This document shows, piece by piece, positions 1 through 8,726 of a stretch of DNA of 32,000 nucleotides. Within the stretch, counting starts at the first letter, position 1. Each line of letters starts with the position of its first letter. The DNA comes from Mycolicibacterium smegmatis (GTDB lineage Bacteria > Actinomycetota > Actinomycetes > Mycobacteriales > Mycobacteriaceae). The notes under the pieces are model-generated. The model had not been told where the DNA came from, made no database searches, and saw only the letters and a list, made by a program, of their open reading frames with translations. The stretch covers positions 3,000,001 to 3,032,000 of the forward strand of contig NZ_LN831039.1 in NCBI RefSeq assembly GCF_001457595.1. Direction: 5' to 3'. Position numbers and translations under genes: made by a program.

Positions 1-584
1 TCGGGCCAGTAGGTGAAACCGCTGCCCTCGTCGAGGGAGAACCAGGTGATCACCTGAGCCATCTTGACCAGGTAGTCGTTGAACAGCCCGGACTTGCCCA
101 TCACGCTGCATAGCCAGGTCGGCGCGTTCTCGTGCCGCACACCGCGGAAACTGGGTGAATCCAGGTGTCCCGGATCGCGATTCGCGCACGGACCGTTGAT
201 GTTGAACAGCATCATCTCCGGCTTCGCGTACTGCGCACCCCAGTAGTCCTTGGCGTGGTTGAGGAACGTCTCGTTGTAGAAGCAGTCGTGCAGTTCGGGG
301 TAGAGCACCGCACCGTAGTTGGCCAGATAGCCGCGGAACGTCGGGGTCAGGAACAGGTCCATGGACGGTTCGAAACCCTCGGGGAACATGCCGCTCATTG
401 TCGCCATCAACTCGTCGGCCGACGCGAAGTGCTGCGCGATGATCAGCTTCCACGGGCCGCGATCGTGCACCACGTCGAGCAGGCGCTGCTTCTGGTCGGC
501 GGTGTAGACATTGTCGACCTCGCGCGGCGGCGCCACGGGCCGCAGGATGTCGGACAACTCCATTCGCCGCTCATCGGTGAGCAT
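1..584 (-). CDS. Uncharacterised protein, C-terminus beyond the window edge (N-terminus MLTDERRMELSDILRPVAPPREVDNVYTADQKQRLLDVV...)
   Basis: Read by hand on the minus strand: open from ATG at 584 to the window edge, Shine-Dalgarno-like AGGAG upstream, same strand as the downstream-numbered operon. Not in the ORF track because no stop lies in the window. Confidence 0.75.
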   Translation of the reverse strand, partial: MLTDERRMELSDILRPVAPPREVDNVYTADQKQRLLDVVHDRGPWKLIIAQHFASADELMATMSGMFPEGFEPSMDLFLTPTFRGYLANYGAVLYPELHDCFYNETFLNHAKDYWGAQYAKPEMMLFNINGPCANRDPGHLDSPSFRGVRHENAPTWLCSVMGKSGLFNDYLVKMAQVITWFSLDEGSGFTYWP

Positions 585-690
585 CAGGGGCACTCCTTCT
601 CTGAGATCCGGCGACATCCGCGCCGTTGCTTTTTCAATTCTGGTCGGCATCACCGGGGTTGGACCGAGCGATGTCCGGCCATCGGGAGGT

Positions 691-1671
691 TCAGCCCGCG
701 AAGGGCAGGGGATCGGCGAACTTCGCACGCAGCAGAGCACCGGTTTCGGCCAGTGCCAGACGCCCGCGTGCGGTGGCCTCGTAGCGCATCAAAAAGCCGT
801 GGTACATACCGGGATAGCGGGTGAGGGTGGTCTGCACACGCGCGGCGCGAAGCCGGTCCGCGTAGCGCTCGCCCCAGTCCCGGATCGGGTCGCACTCACC
901 GGTGACCACGATCGCCTGGGGCAGACCGCGCAGGTCGTCGGCATAGGCCGGAACACGGTACGGGTCGTGCGGGCTGCCCGCGCCGATGTCGGCCAGATCG
1001 TGCATGTACAGGATGTCGTCACGCGACAACATCGGTGCGTCGGGCATCTCGACGATGGACTGTGCGCCCATGTCGCGGTCGAGGCCCGGGTAGAGCAGCA
1101 CCTGGGCGAAGATGGCGGGCCCGCCGTGGTCGCGTGCGGCCAGGGCCACCGCGGCCGCCAGCCCACCACCGGCGCTGTCGCCGGCGACCACGAGGCGACG
1201 GGCATCGACACCGAGTTCTTCGGCGTGCCGGGCCACCCATTCGGTCGCGGCGTACGCGTCGTCGAACTGGGCGGGCGGCGGGTATTCCGGGGCCAACCGG
1301 TAGTCGACGGCCACCACGACCGCCCCTGCGGCCGCCGCGAGCCCGCGGGCCAGCGGTTCGAACGAATGCACGCTGCCCATCACCAGCCCGCCGCCGTGGA
1401 AGTGCAGGATGACCGGGGCCCCGTCGTGCCCGACCTGCTCGGGCCGGTACACCCGCACGCCGATCTCACGATCGGATGCAGGCACGGTCCGGTCGACGAT
1501 TTCGGCCATCGGTGGCATATCGCTTGGCAGCGGGGCCGATTCGATCGCCGCGCGCACGGTTTCCAGTCCCCGGTCACGGACCGGGGCGGGCTTGCCGAAC
1601 CCGGCGATGCGGGCGGCGGCGTCGGGGTCGAGGGGCGGGCCCTGCGGCGGGCTCGGTGGTGAGGTGGTCAT
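691..1671 (-). CDS. Alpha/beta hydrolase, hormone-sensitive-lipase (HSL)-type esterase
   Basis: HGGG oxyanion motif (ILHFHGGGLVMGS), GDSAGG nucleophile elbow and GMYHGF near the C-terminus. Start chosen at ATG 1671 (MTTSPPSPPQ), just after the stop of the upstream SDR. Confidence 0.93.
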   Translation of the reverse strand: MTTSPPSPPQGPPLDPDAAARIAGFGKPAPVRDRGLETVRAAIESAPLPSDMPPMAEIVDRTVPASDREIGVRVYRPEQVGHDGAPVILHFHGGGLVMGSVHSFEPLARGLAAAAGAVVVAVDYRLAPEYPPPAQFDDAYAATEWVARHAEELGVDARRLVVAGDSAGGGLAAAVALAARDHGGPAIFAQVLLYPGLDRDMGAQSIVEMPDAPMLSRDDILYMHDLADIGAGSPHDPYRVPAYADDLRGLPQAIVVTGECDPIRDWGERYADRLRAARVQTTLTRYPGMYHGFLMRYEATARGRLALAETGALLRAKFADPLPFAG

Positions 1672-1679
1672 GATTGCGC

Positions 1680-2558
1680 TCAGTGCTTGGCCGGATCGAA
1701 GCGGCGCTCGGTACGAAGCTGCGGAGGCACCTGTGAGATCAGCACCTGAGCGCGTTCGGCCATGGCCGAGCCGACATACTCGGGTTGGGTCAGCAGGTAG
1801 AACGCCCCGCGCGCCGACTGCTCGAAGATCGCCTCTGCCGCGTCGATGGGATCCATTGCGGCGGCCTTGATGTCGAGCATCGCCTCGCGCTGCGACTCGG
1901 CCGCGTTCACGTCGGCGCCGTCCTGCCCGGAGTCCACCCCGCCCGCTGCCTCGAAGATGTTCGACTTCACCGCACCCGGCAGCACCGCCTGCACGTGCAC
2001 GTGATCGTCGTGACCGGCCAACTGCACCTCCAGCCGCAGGCATTCCGTCAGTGCGAGCACAGCGTGCTTGCTGATGATGTACGGCGCCTGCAACGGGACC
2101 GCGGCCACACCGCCTATGGAGGACAGGTTCCACACCCAGGCAGGGGACCCGTGCGCCATCATCTTCGGCAGGAACGCGCGCACGCCGTGGAAGACGCCGC
2201 TGACGTTGATGTCCATCACCCGGTTCCAGTTCGCCACCGGGGTGTCCCAGAGATATCCGAACTGTTCGACGCCGGCATTGTTCACCAGAAGGCGGACCGG
2301 ACCGAGGTCCCGGTAGGTCCGGTCGGCGAGGTCGGCGACCGCGTCGGGATCACGCACGTCACACTTCTCGGCCACGGCCGTGCCGCCATCGGACCGCAGC
2401 TCGTCGCGCAGGGTCGCCGCGGCGGCCTCGTCGACATCGGCGAGCACCACGGTCATGCCCAACCGGTGGGCGTACCGGGCGAGACCGGCGCCGATACCCG
2501 CGCCGGCGCCGGTGATGACCGCGACACCGCCACCGAAGGTTTCGCGTGCCTGGCTCAT
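1680..2558 (-). CDS. Short-chain dehydrogenase/reductase (SDR)
   Basis: MSQARETFGGGVAVITGAGAGIGAGLA, NNAG, YIISK catalytic motif. Start overlaps the stop of the preceding gene by 4 nt (ATGA). Confidence 0.93.
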   Translation of the reverse strand: MSQARETFGGGVAVITGAGAGIGAGLARYAHRLGMTVVLADVDEAAAATLRDELRSDGGTAVAEKCDVRDPDAVADLADRTYRDLGPVRLLVNNAGVEQFGYLWDTPVANWNRVMDINVSGVFHGVRAFLPKMMAHGSPAWVWNLSSIGGVAAVPLQAPYIISKHAVLALTECLRLEVQLAGHDDHVHVQAVLPGAVKSNIFEAAGGVDSGQDGADVNAAESQREAMLDIKAAAMDPIDAAEAIFEQSARGAFYLLTQPEYVGSAMAERAQVLISQVPPQLRTERRFDPAKH

Positions 2559-3052
2559 GCGCCCGCCGGTGTTGCCGACTTCGCCCGGTGCTCGGCGAAC
2601 GGGATCGAATCCTCGGCGTCGAGGATCACCGTCAACGATGTGAACACCAGGCCGTCGTCCGTGCGCCGGATGCCCGCGTCGACCACACCGGAGGACACAT
2701 CGAAGGGCACGTTGTTGGTCACCTGGTTGACGTACAGGTAGAAGCGGACCTTGGTGACCTCTCCCTGGGGTCCGGATTCGGTGCCCGTGCGGAAGATGTT
2801 GGTGGCGTGATGGCGCAACGGGTACGGGTTTTCGTCGCGGTGTTGCCGCAACCACGCCAAAGTGTCGGCGCCGCCGTGCAGTTCGGCGGCCAAGAGCTCC
2901 TCGAACGGGCAGGTGCCTGAGTCCGACCTGCTGACGTACTCCATCTCGTCGGCGATGAACCCGGCAAGCACATCGAATTGACCCTGGTCGTAGTGGTACC
3001 AGAACCGGGCGATGAACTCCTGGACTTCGGGGAGCGTGATCTCGTTGGTCAT
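2555..3052 (-). CDS. SnoaL-like / NTF2-fold protein
   Basis: MTNEITLPEVQEFIARFWYHYDQGQFDVLAGFIADEMEYV..., size and pattern typical of the SnoaL/NTF2 fold. Compact operon position. Confidence 0.75.
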   Translation of the reverse strand: MTNEITLPEVQEFIARFWYHYDQGQFDVLAGFIADEMEYVSRSDSGTCPFEELLAAELHGGADTLAWLRQHRDENPYPLRHHATNIFRTGTESGPQGEVTKVRFYLYVNQVTNNVPFDVSSGVVDAGIRRTDDGLVFTSLTVILDAEDSIPFAEHRAKSATPAGA

Positions 3053-3122
3053 AAGGGGAGTCAACTCCGGTGCCAAGGGCTCGGACACCGTTGCGCCCGG
3101 TCAGCGGAACAGCGGTGTCGGC

Positions 3123-4124
3123 TCAGCTGGTGATGAGCTCCCACAGTCCGGCCCCGCCCGCCTGCAAGGCCGCTGTCGTGACCCGTTCGTCCCACGACCG
3201 CACGGAACCGAACTCGCCCCGCCAGGCCAGGGCGGCGCGCGTGTACTCGTGCAACCTGTGTTCGGCCGTGGTACCGATCGCGCCGAACACCTGGTGGGCG
3301 TTGCGGACCACCACCGACGCCGCGTGCCCGCAGCACGACCGCGCCACTGCGACCAGGAATTCCAGGTGCGGCGCCGACCACGTCGTGCCGACTGCCGCGG
3401 TGAGGGCGGCTTCGGTGGCGGTCCGGGCCAGCGTCGCCTCGGCGGCGATGTCGGAGATCATGTGCTGGATCGCCTGGAACTTGGCCAGGGGCCGACCGAA
3501 CTGGATGCGCGACGAGGAGTGCTCCACTGCGAGTTCGAGGATCGTGTCCATCGCGGCGCAGACCTGGACGGCGCGCACCAGGGCCGCCTTGAGGTGCAGT
3601 GTGGTCACCGTCGCCTCGGACACGGTGGCCCCATCGGCAGGCACGGCGGCGGACACGGTGTCGCGTGGCTCGCCGATCATGTTGGCACCGGCCGTGATCC
3701 GCACCTGGCCGGTGTCCACGTCGGAAACCGCGTGCTCGCCCGTCTGGGTCCGCCGCACCAGCACGATCCGCTGCGCGGTGGACGCCCACGGCACCGCGGT
3801 CGCCGTGCCCGATTCGTCGAGCAGGGCGACGGTCCGGGTTTTGTCGTCGACGGCAATTCCGGCGACCTCGAGCAGCCAGCAGGCCAGCAGGTCGTGCTCG
3901 GGAAGTCCCACGCGCACACCGGAACGCACGGCCGCCGCCATCAGTTCGGCGGCCTCGTGCCAGCCCGCTCCGCTGCCGCCGCTCTCTTCGGCGCCCGTGA
4001 GACGAGCCAGACCCAGAGTCCTCAGCTGGTCCCACAATTCGGGGCCGGCGGTGGGACCGTGTGCCGTGCGGTGATCGGCGAACACCGCGTTCATCATCGC
4101 GACCAGTTCGGCGTCGACGGTCAT
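3123..4124 (-). CDS. Acyl-CoA dehydrogenase family protein (short, divergent subunit type)
   Basis: SSRIQFGRPLAKFQAIQHMISDIAAE and HQVFGAIGTTAEHRLHEYTRAALAW are typical ACAD C-terminal signatures. Overlaps the next ACAD gene by 4 nt. Confidence 0.9.
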   Translation of the reverse strand: MTVDAELVAMMNAVFADHRTAHGPTAGPELWDQLRTLGLARLTGAEESGGSGAGWHEAAELMAAAVRSGVRVGLPEHDLLACWLLEVAGIAVDDKTRTVALLDESGTATAVPWASTAQRIVLVRRTQTGEHAVSDVDTGQVRITAGANMIGEPRDTVSAAVPADGATVSEATVTTLHLKAALVRAVQVCAAMDTILELAVEHSSSRIQFGRPLAKFQAIQHMISDIAAEATLARTATEAALTAAVGTTWSAPHLEFLVAVARSCCGHAASVVVRNAHQVFGAIGTTAEHRLHEYTRAALAWRGEFGSVRSWDERVTTAALQAGGAGLWELITS

Positions 4125-5272
4125 CGCAACCCCAATCCCCGCGCGATCACACCGCGCAGCACCTCGTTGGTTCCGCCGCGCAGGGTGAACCCGGGACGCT
4201 GGTCCACCGCGGCGGTGATCAGATCCCGCGCCTGCTGCGGCAGGGCACCGTGGTCGCCGCGGTGCAGGTCGGCGAAGTCCGCGATGTCACCCTCGGTGGT
4301 GGTGCCCAGCACCTTCACCACGGCGGCAGGCACATCGGCGGGTTCGTGGCGTTCCAACGCCCCGGCCACCGCCATCGACATGTGGTGCAGGCCGGCGATG
4401 CGCGCGACCAGGCGACCGAGATCCGCGTCGCGGCTGATCCGTTGCCGCGCCATGTTGTCGGTGGTCTGCGCCAGCAGCACGAATGTCGACAGCAGGCGTT
4501 CCGGGCCGCTGCGCTCGAAGCTGAGTTCGGAGGTGACCTGCTGCCAGCCGTTGCCGATCTGCCCGAACACCATGTCGTCGGGGACGAACGCGTCGTCGAG
4601 GATCACCTCGTTGAAGTGGTGGCCGCCGTTCATCGAAATGATCGGGCGTACTTCGACACCCGGACCGTCGAAGCGCACGATGAACTGGCTGAGCCCGGCG
4701 TGGCGGTGCGCCGGGTCGACGGGCGCGGTGCGGGCCAGCACGATGAACGCGTGTGCGCGGTGCGCGCCCGACGTCCACACCTTGGTGCCGGTCAGCCGCC
4801 ATCCGCCGTCGACCTGCACGGCCCTGGTCCGCACGCTGGCCAGATCGGACCCGGAATCCGGTTCGCTCATCCCGATGCCGAAGAAGCACTGCCCGGCGGC
4901 GATCCGGGGCAGGAACTCCTGTTTCTGTCGTTCGGTTCCGTACTTCAGCAGTGACGGGACGATCTGCCGGTCGGCGATCCAGTGCGCGGCCACGGGCGCC
5001 CCCGCGGCCAGCAGTTCCTCGGTGACCACGAATCGTTGCAGGAACGAACGTCCGTGGCCGCCATATTCTTTCGGGACCGTCATACCCAGCCAGCCTCGGT
5101 CGGCCAGCGCGGTGGTGAACTTTTCGTCCCATCCGCACAGCCACGCGTCCACAGCGGGGGTGAACGTGCCCGCGGCGCGCTGCTCATCGAGAAAGGCGCG
5201 GACCTCGGCGCGCAGTGCGGTGGCGTCGGCGGGTTCGGTGTCCAGCGCAGGAACGAGACGGGGAATGGGCAT
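4121..5272 (-). CDS. Acyl-CoA dehydrogenase
   Basis: CFFGIGMSEPDSGSDLASVRTRAVQVDGGWRLTGTKVWTSGA and RGGTNEVLRGVIARGLGL. Start MPIPRLV at 5272 is preferred over 5287 because it forms a TGATG junction with the upstream stop. Confidence 0.93.
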   Translation of the reverse strand: MPIPRLVPALDTEPADATALRAEVRAFLDEQRAAGTFTPAVDAWLCGWDEKFTTALADRGWLGMTVPKEYGGHGRSFLQRFVVTEELLAAGAPVAAHWIADRQIVPSLLKYGTERQKQEFLPRIAAGQCFFGIGMSEPDSGSDLASVRTRAVQVDGGWRLTGTKVWTSGAHRAHAFIVLARTAPVDPAHRHAGLSQFIVRFDGPGVEVRPIISMNGGHHFNEVILDDAFVPDDMVFGQIGNGWQQVTSELSFERSGPERLLSTFVLLAQTTDNMARQRISRDADLGRLVARIAGLHHMSMAVAGALERHEPADVPAAVVKVLGTTTEGDIADFADLHRGDHGALPQQARDLITAAVDQRPGFTLRGGTNEVLRGVIARGLGLR

Positions 5273-6054
5273 CAGGCGCTGCGCCATTTCTCGATGCGGC
5301 GGGCGTGCTCGCCGTCGTGGTGCGCCAGTGGCTGCATGGCCGCGGCCATCCCGAGCGTGGATTCGAGCACGCCGGTGCGCGACTCCTGCAGGAGACGCTT
5401 GGCCATGCGCAGTGCGCGCGACGGATTGCGCACGATCCGCGCGGCCAGATCCTGGGCCGCAGAGAGCAGTTCGTCGTGCGGGACGACGCGGCTGACCAGA
5501 CCCCAGTCGAGCGCGGTCGCGGCGTCGACCCGGTCACCGGTGAACGTCATCTCGGCCGCGCGTTCGTAGCCGATCGCGCGTTGCAAGAACCACGTCCCGC
5601 CGTCACCCGGTACCAGCCCCAACTGCACGAAACTCTCGGCGAACGAGGCCCGTTCGGAGGCCACCCGGATGTCGCACATCATGGCCAGGTCGAAACCGGC
5701 GCCGACGGCGGCACCGTTGACCGCGGCGATGATCGGCACCTCCAGACGCGCCAGTGCCCTCGGGATGCGCTGGATCCCGTCCACGTAGGCGAACCGCTGG
5801 TCGATGGCGTTCAGACCGAACATGCCTTCGCGGTCGGCCATCTCCTTGACGTTGCCGCCCGCGGAGAAGATCTTGCCGGACCCGGTGAGTATCACCGCAC
5901 CCACCGTGGTGTCGCGGTTGGCGGCGTCGACGGCGTCCTCGAAGGCGCGGATGAAATCGCTGCCGGTGATGGCATTTCCGACCTGCGGAAGATTGATCGT
6001 CCACATCTGGGCGGCGCCGGAGGCACCGATCAGCAGAGGCTCCGATGCGGTCAT
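5272..6054 (-). CDS. Enoyl-CoA hydratase/isomerase family protein
   Basis: AVNGAAVGAGFDLAMMCDIRVASERASFAESFVQLGLVPGDGGTWFL crotonase signature. Start MTASEPLL at 6054. Confidence 0.94.
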   Translation of the reverse strand: MTASEPLLIGASGAAQMWTINLPQVGNAITGSDFIRAFEDAVDAANRDTTVGAVILTGSGKIFSAGGNVKEMADREGMFGLNAIDQRFAYVDGIQRIPRALARLEVPIIAAVNGAAVGAGFDLAMMCDIRVASERASFAESFVQLGLVPGDGGTWFLQRAIGYERAAEMTFTGDRVDAATALDWGLVSRVVPHDELLSAAQDLAARIVRNPSRALRMAKRLLQESRTGVLESTLGMAAAMQPLAHHDGEHARRIEKWRSA

Positions 6055-6082
6055 GACTCGGTCACCTTTCGTGTCGTCGCGG

Positions 6083-7504
6083 TCACGGCAGCTGCAGGGA
6101 CTTGGTCTGCAGGTACTCCTCGAACCCGAACCGGCCGAGTTCGCGGCCCACGCCGGACTTCTTGTAACCGCCGAAGGGTGCTGCCGGGTTGTACTTTCCG
6201 CCGTTGATGTCGAGCTGACCGGTCTGCACCTGCCGTGCGAACGCGATGGCGGTGTCGTCGTCGGCCGCCCACACCGCTCCGGACAGCCCATAAGGGGTGC
6301 CGTTGGCGATCTCGAGAGCCTCGTCGCTGTCGCGGAACGGAATGACCGCGAGCACGGGTCCGAACACCTCCTCCTGGCCCAGCTCGGAGTCGGGCAGCAC
6401 ATCGGCGAACACCGTGGGAGCCACGTAATACCCGGTGTCGCGGATCTTCTCGGGTCCGCCTGCCACCAGCCGCGCACCATCGCGCGATGCGCGTTCGATG
6501 AAGCCCAGCACGGTCTCGAACTGCCGCTGCGATGCCGACGGGCCGATCCGGGTGGCGGGATCCCACGGATCACCCACGGTGTACTTCGCCACCGCGGCCG
6601 CCACCAGGTCCAGCGCCTCGCTGTAGCGTGACAGCGGCACCAGCATGCGGGTCCACGCCATGCAGGTCTGCCCGCCGTTGAGGAAGGCGTTGCCCACACC
6701 CACCTTGACCGCGGTGGCCAGATCGGCGCCGTCGAGGATCACGTTGGCCGACTTGCCGCCGAGTTCCAGGGCCACCTTCTTGACGTTGCGGACGGCCAGT
6801 TCGCCGACACGGGCGCCGACCTCGGTGGACCCGGTGAACGACACGAAGTCCACGTCGGGGTGCGCGGCCATCCGCTCACCGATGACGCTGCCAGGTCCGG
6901 ACACCAGGTTGACCACACCGGGCGGCAGGCCGGCGTCGTCGAGGGCCTCGACGAACTCGAACACCGACAGGGGTGCCTCGTTGCTGGGCTTGAGCACCAC
7001 CGTGCACCCGGCCGCGATCGCGGGCAGCACCTTCGCGACCACCTGGTACAGCGGGTAGTTCCACGGCGTGATGGCCGAGACCACGCCGTAGGGTTCGCGC
7101 ACCACCAGCGAGTTGCCGATGCGTTCGGAGAACTCGAAATCCGCCAGGGCATCGGCGAATCCGCGCGCGACTGCCAGCGGGACCTGGGTCTGCACGGTCT
7201 GGGAGATGCGGATGGGCGCGCCCATCTCGCGGGTGATGGTCTCGGCGATCTGCGGCAGACGCTTCTCCATCGCGGTGATCACCGCGTCCAGTCGCTGCCG
7301 CCGTTCGTCGACGCCGATCAGCGGATCGAACGCGCGACGGGCCGCGGCCACGGCGACGTCCACGTCGGCCTCGGTGCCGCCCGGGACGTGGCCGATGACC
7401 TCTTCGGTGGCCGGGTCGACGACGTCGATGGTGCCCGTTGCCGCAGGCGCCACCCACTGGCCGTCGATGTAGAGGGTGGTGCGGTCGTACTCGTGATTGG
7501 TCAT
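6083..7504 (-). CDS. Aldehyde dehydrogenase (NAD(P)+-dependent)
   Basis: VALELGGKSANVI (Glu region), NGGQTCMAWTRM (catalytic Cys), full 473 aa ALDH pattern. Confidence 0.95.
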   Translation of the reverse strand: MTNHEYDRTTLYIDGQWVAPAATGTIDVVDPATEEVIGHVPGGTEADVDVAVAAARRAFDPLIGVDERRQRLDAVITAMEKRLPQIAETITREMGAPIRISQTVQTQVPLAVARGFADALADFEFSERIGNSLVVREPYGVVSAITPWNYPLYQVVAKVLPAIAAGCTVVLKPSNEAPLSVFEFVEALDDAGLPPGVVNLVSGPGSVIGERMAAHPDVDFVSFTGSTEVGARVGELAVRNVKKVALELGGKSANVILDGADLATAVKVGVGNAFLNGGQTCMAWTRMLVPLSRYSEALDLVAAAVAKYTVGDPWDPATRIGPSASQRQFETVLGFIERASRDGARLVAGGPEKIRDTGYYVAPTVFADVLPDSELGQEEVFGPVLAVIPFRDSDEALEIANGTPYGLSGAVWAADDDTAIAFARQVQTGQLDINGGKYNPAAPFGGYKKSGVGRELGRFGFEEYLQTKSLQLP

Positions 7505-7522
7505 AGCTGCTTTCCGGTTGTG

Positions 7523-8638
7523 TCAGGGCACGATACTGGCGCGCACGTCGCGCTTGTTCTCGGCCGCCGAGAACGCATCGTTGATGTCTTCGAGGCGGTA
7601 GCACGCGGCGGCCAACCGGTCGAAGGGAAGACGGTCCTGGTATTCCGCCAGGAAGGTCAGCGCGCGTGACAGCACCGCGGGATCGTAGAGGGAGACACCG
7701 ACCATGGTCTTGTTGGCGAAGACGAACCGCGACGGGTCGAACTCGAACGTCTTGCCGATGTTGATGTTCCCGATCTCGACGTAACGGCCGAACTGGCCGA
7801 GCAGTTTGAGGCCCTCGTCGATGGCCGACGGATGGCCGACCACCTCGACCACCACGTCGGCGCCCTGCCTGTCGGTGAGCCGGCGAACGATCTTGACCCT
7901 GTCCTTGTCGGTGGTGGCCGTGATGTCGATGACCTCGTCGGCGCCGAAGGCCTTGGCCAACTCCAGGCGCTCGGGCACCCCGTCGATGGCGATCACGGTC
8001 TTGGCCCCGCGCGCTTTCGCGACGGCGACGGCGTAGAGCCCCAGAGCACCCGCACCCTGCACCACGACGGTCTCACCGAGTTGCAGGTCCACCCGTTCGA
8101 GGCCGTACATCACCTGCGACAGCGCACAGTTGGCGCCTGCGGCGATCTCGTCGGACACCGAGTCGGGCACGGTGTAGACCACCGCTTTCGCGGGCAGCAG
8201 GAAGTAATCGGCGTAGCCGCCGACGAAGTGCGGGGGTTCGTCGGCGCGGCCGAGCATCGCCATCTTCAGGTTCACGCAGGCGTTGCGCCGCCCGGCCAGG
8301 CAGTTGCGGCACGTGTGGCAGCAGAAGAAGTAGGGGAACACCACCCGGGTGCCCACCTCGAGCGGACGCCCGTCGGAATCGCTGTGCACATCGTCACCCA
8401 GAACCGCCACCACACCGACCATTTCGTGGCCCAGTACGGTCGGCAGCTGCCCACCGAGTCCGCGCGTGGCGAAGGTGCCGTGCCACGCGTGCACATCGGA
8501 TCCGCAGATGTTGGCGCGTGTCACCCGGATGAGGATCTCACCGGGGCCGACCTGCGGAACGGGGACCGTCTGGATCTCGAACGGTTTTCCTGGCTCGTCG
8601 AAACGCGCGATGCGACCCGTGCCTGAGGCGAGCGTCAT
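7523..8638 (-). CDS. Zn-dependent medium-chain alcohol dehydrogenase
   Basis: GHEMVGVV, structural zinc cysteines CHTCRNCLAGRRNAC, nucleotide binding GAGALGLYAVAVAKARG. Confidence 0.94.
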   Translation of the reverse strand: MTLASGTGRIARFDEPGKPFEIQTVPVPQVGPGEILIRVTRANICGSDVHAWHGTFATRGLGGQLPTVLGHEMVGVVAVLGDDVHSDSDGRPLEVGTRVVFPYFFCCHTCRNCLAGRRNACVNLKMAMLGRADEPPHFVGGYADYFLLPAKAVVYTVPDSVSDEIAAGANCALSQVMYGLERVDLQLGETVVVQGAGALGLYAVAVAKARGAKTVIAIDGVPERLELAKAFGADEVIDITATTDKDRVKIVRRLTDRQGADVVVEVVGHPSAIDEGLKLLGQFGRYVEIGNINIGKTFEFDPSRFVFANKTMVGVSLYDPAVLSRALTFLAEYQDRLPFDRLAAACYRLEDINDAFSAAENKRDVRASIVP

Positions 8639-8726
8639 GGAGCGGAATCCTTTCCTCCGGTGTTGTCCCGCAGGCTAATTCCGCGACTGGTCGGCCTGAT
8701 GGCCGCTTCCCGCCCAGCGGGCGCAA

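Noticed and set aside
4121-5287. Start of the acyl-CoA dehydrogenase at 5287 (MAQRLMPIP)
   Set aside because: The internal ATG at 5272 forms a TGATG junction with the upstream stop and is the more likely start, though 5287 cannot be excluded.
3012-5495. 827-aa plus-strand ORF
   Set aside because: Antisense shadow of the two acyl-CoA dehydrogenase genes. Arg/Gly/Ser-rich with no motifs, typical of open frames opposite GC-rich genes.
6860-7669. 269-aa plus-strand ORF over the aldehyde dehydrogenase
   Set aside because: The minus strand encodes an intact aldehyde dehydrogenase with catalytic motifs; this frame has none.
8639-8726. GC-rich short hairpin CCCGC-cca-GCGGG between the alcohol dehydrogenase and acyl-CoA synthetase genes
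   Set aside because: Short stem, expected by chance at this GC content; not enough to call a terminator or attenuator.
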